A stretch of DNA of 64,000 nucleotides, from sequence record MK327944.1; one strand, written 5' to 3'. This DNA is from Escherichia phage vB_EcoM_G2540-3. Position 1 is the first letter of the stretch. The number at the start of each line of letters is the position of its first letter. The translations under genes and the position numbers were made by a program. The notes under the pieces were generated by a model that saw nothing but the letters and a program-made list of their open reading frames with translations, was not told where the DNA came from and did not search any database. Of the stretch, positions 63,995-64,000 are shown piece after piece.

Positions 63995-64000
63995 TGGTCT

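Overview
This window is a contiguous stretch of a T4-type (T-even) myophage genome, running from the 3' part of gene 18 to asiA. I do not see a wholly new multi-gene system: almost every ORF reads as a T-even protein I recognise, so the value here is in the deviations. The blocks, in order, are: (1) late structural genes 18, 19, 20, 67, 68, 21, 22, 23, 24 on the + strand; (2) rnlB, 24.2, 24.3, hoc, inh on the - strand; (3) a GIY-YIG segE-like gene, uvsW, an HNH gene and uvsW.1 on +, then uvsY.-2, uvsY.-1, uvsY, 25, 26 on -; (4) baseplate hub genes 51, 27, 28, 29, 48, 54 on +; (5) a long - strand early region: alt, 30, 30.x, rIII, 31, cd, pseT, spanin pair, alc, rnlA, denA, nrdB (intron with I-TevIII), mobE-like, nrdA, td (intron with I-TevI), frd, 32, 59, 33, dsbA, rnh; (6) long tail fibre genes 34-38, holin t, and asiA. 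The most notable deviations are: alt is broken by a perfect 55-bp tandem duplication that cuts the frame at the predicted catalytic E-x-E motif; hoc carries a duplicated Ig-like module (472 aa); extra HNH endonuclease-like ORFs sit between genes 18/19 and between uvsW/uvsW.1; an identical 54-bp early promoter and leader occurs at two loci 13.3 kb apart; a DUF4326-like gene is split by a single-base frameshift in a G-run; gp38 is the T2-type glycine-rich adhesin with a (GGC)8 run; and the nrdB intron carries a full-length I-TevIII. Limits: no tools were used, coordinates come from the ORF track plus manual reading, and all comparisons to T4 are from memory.
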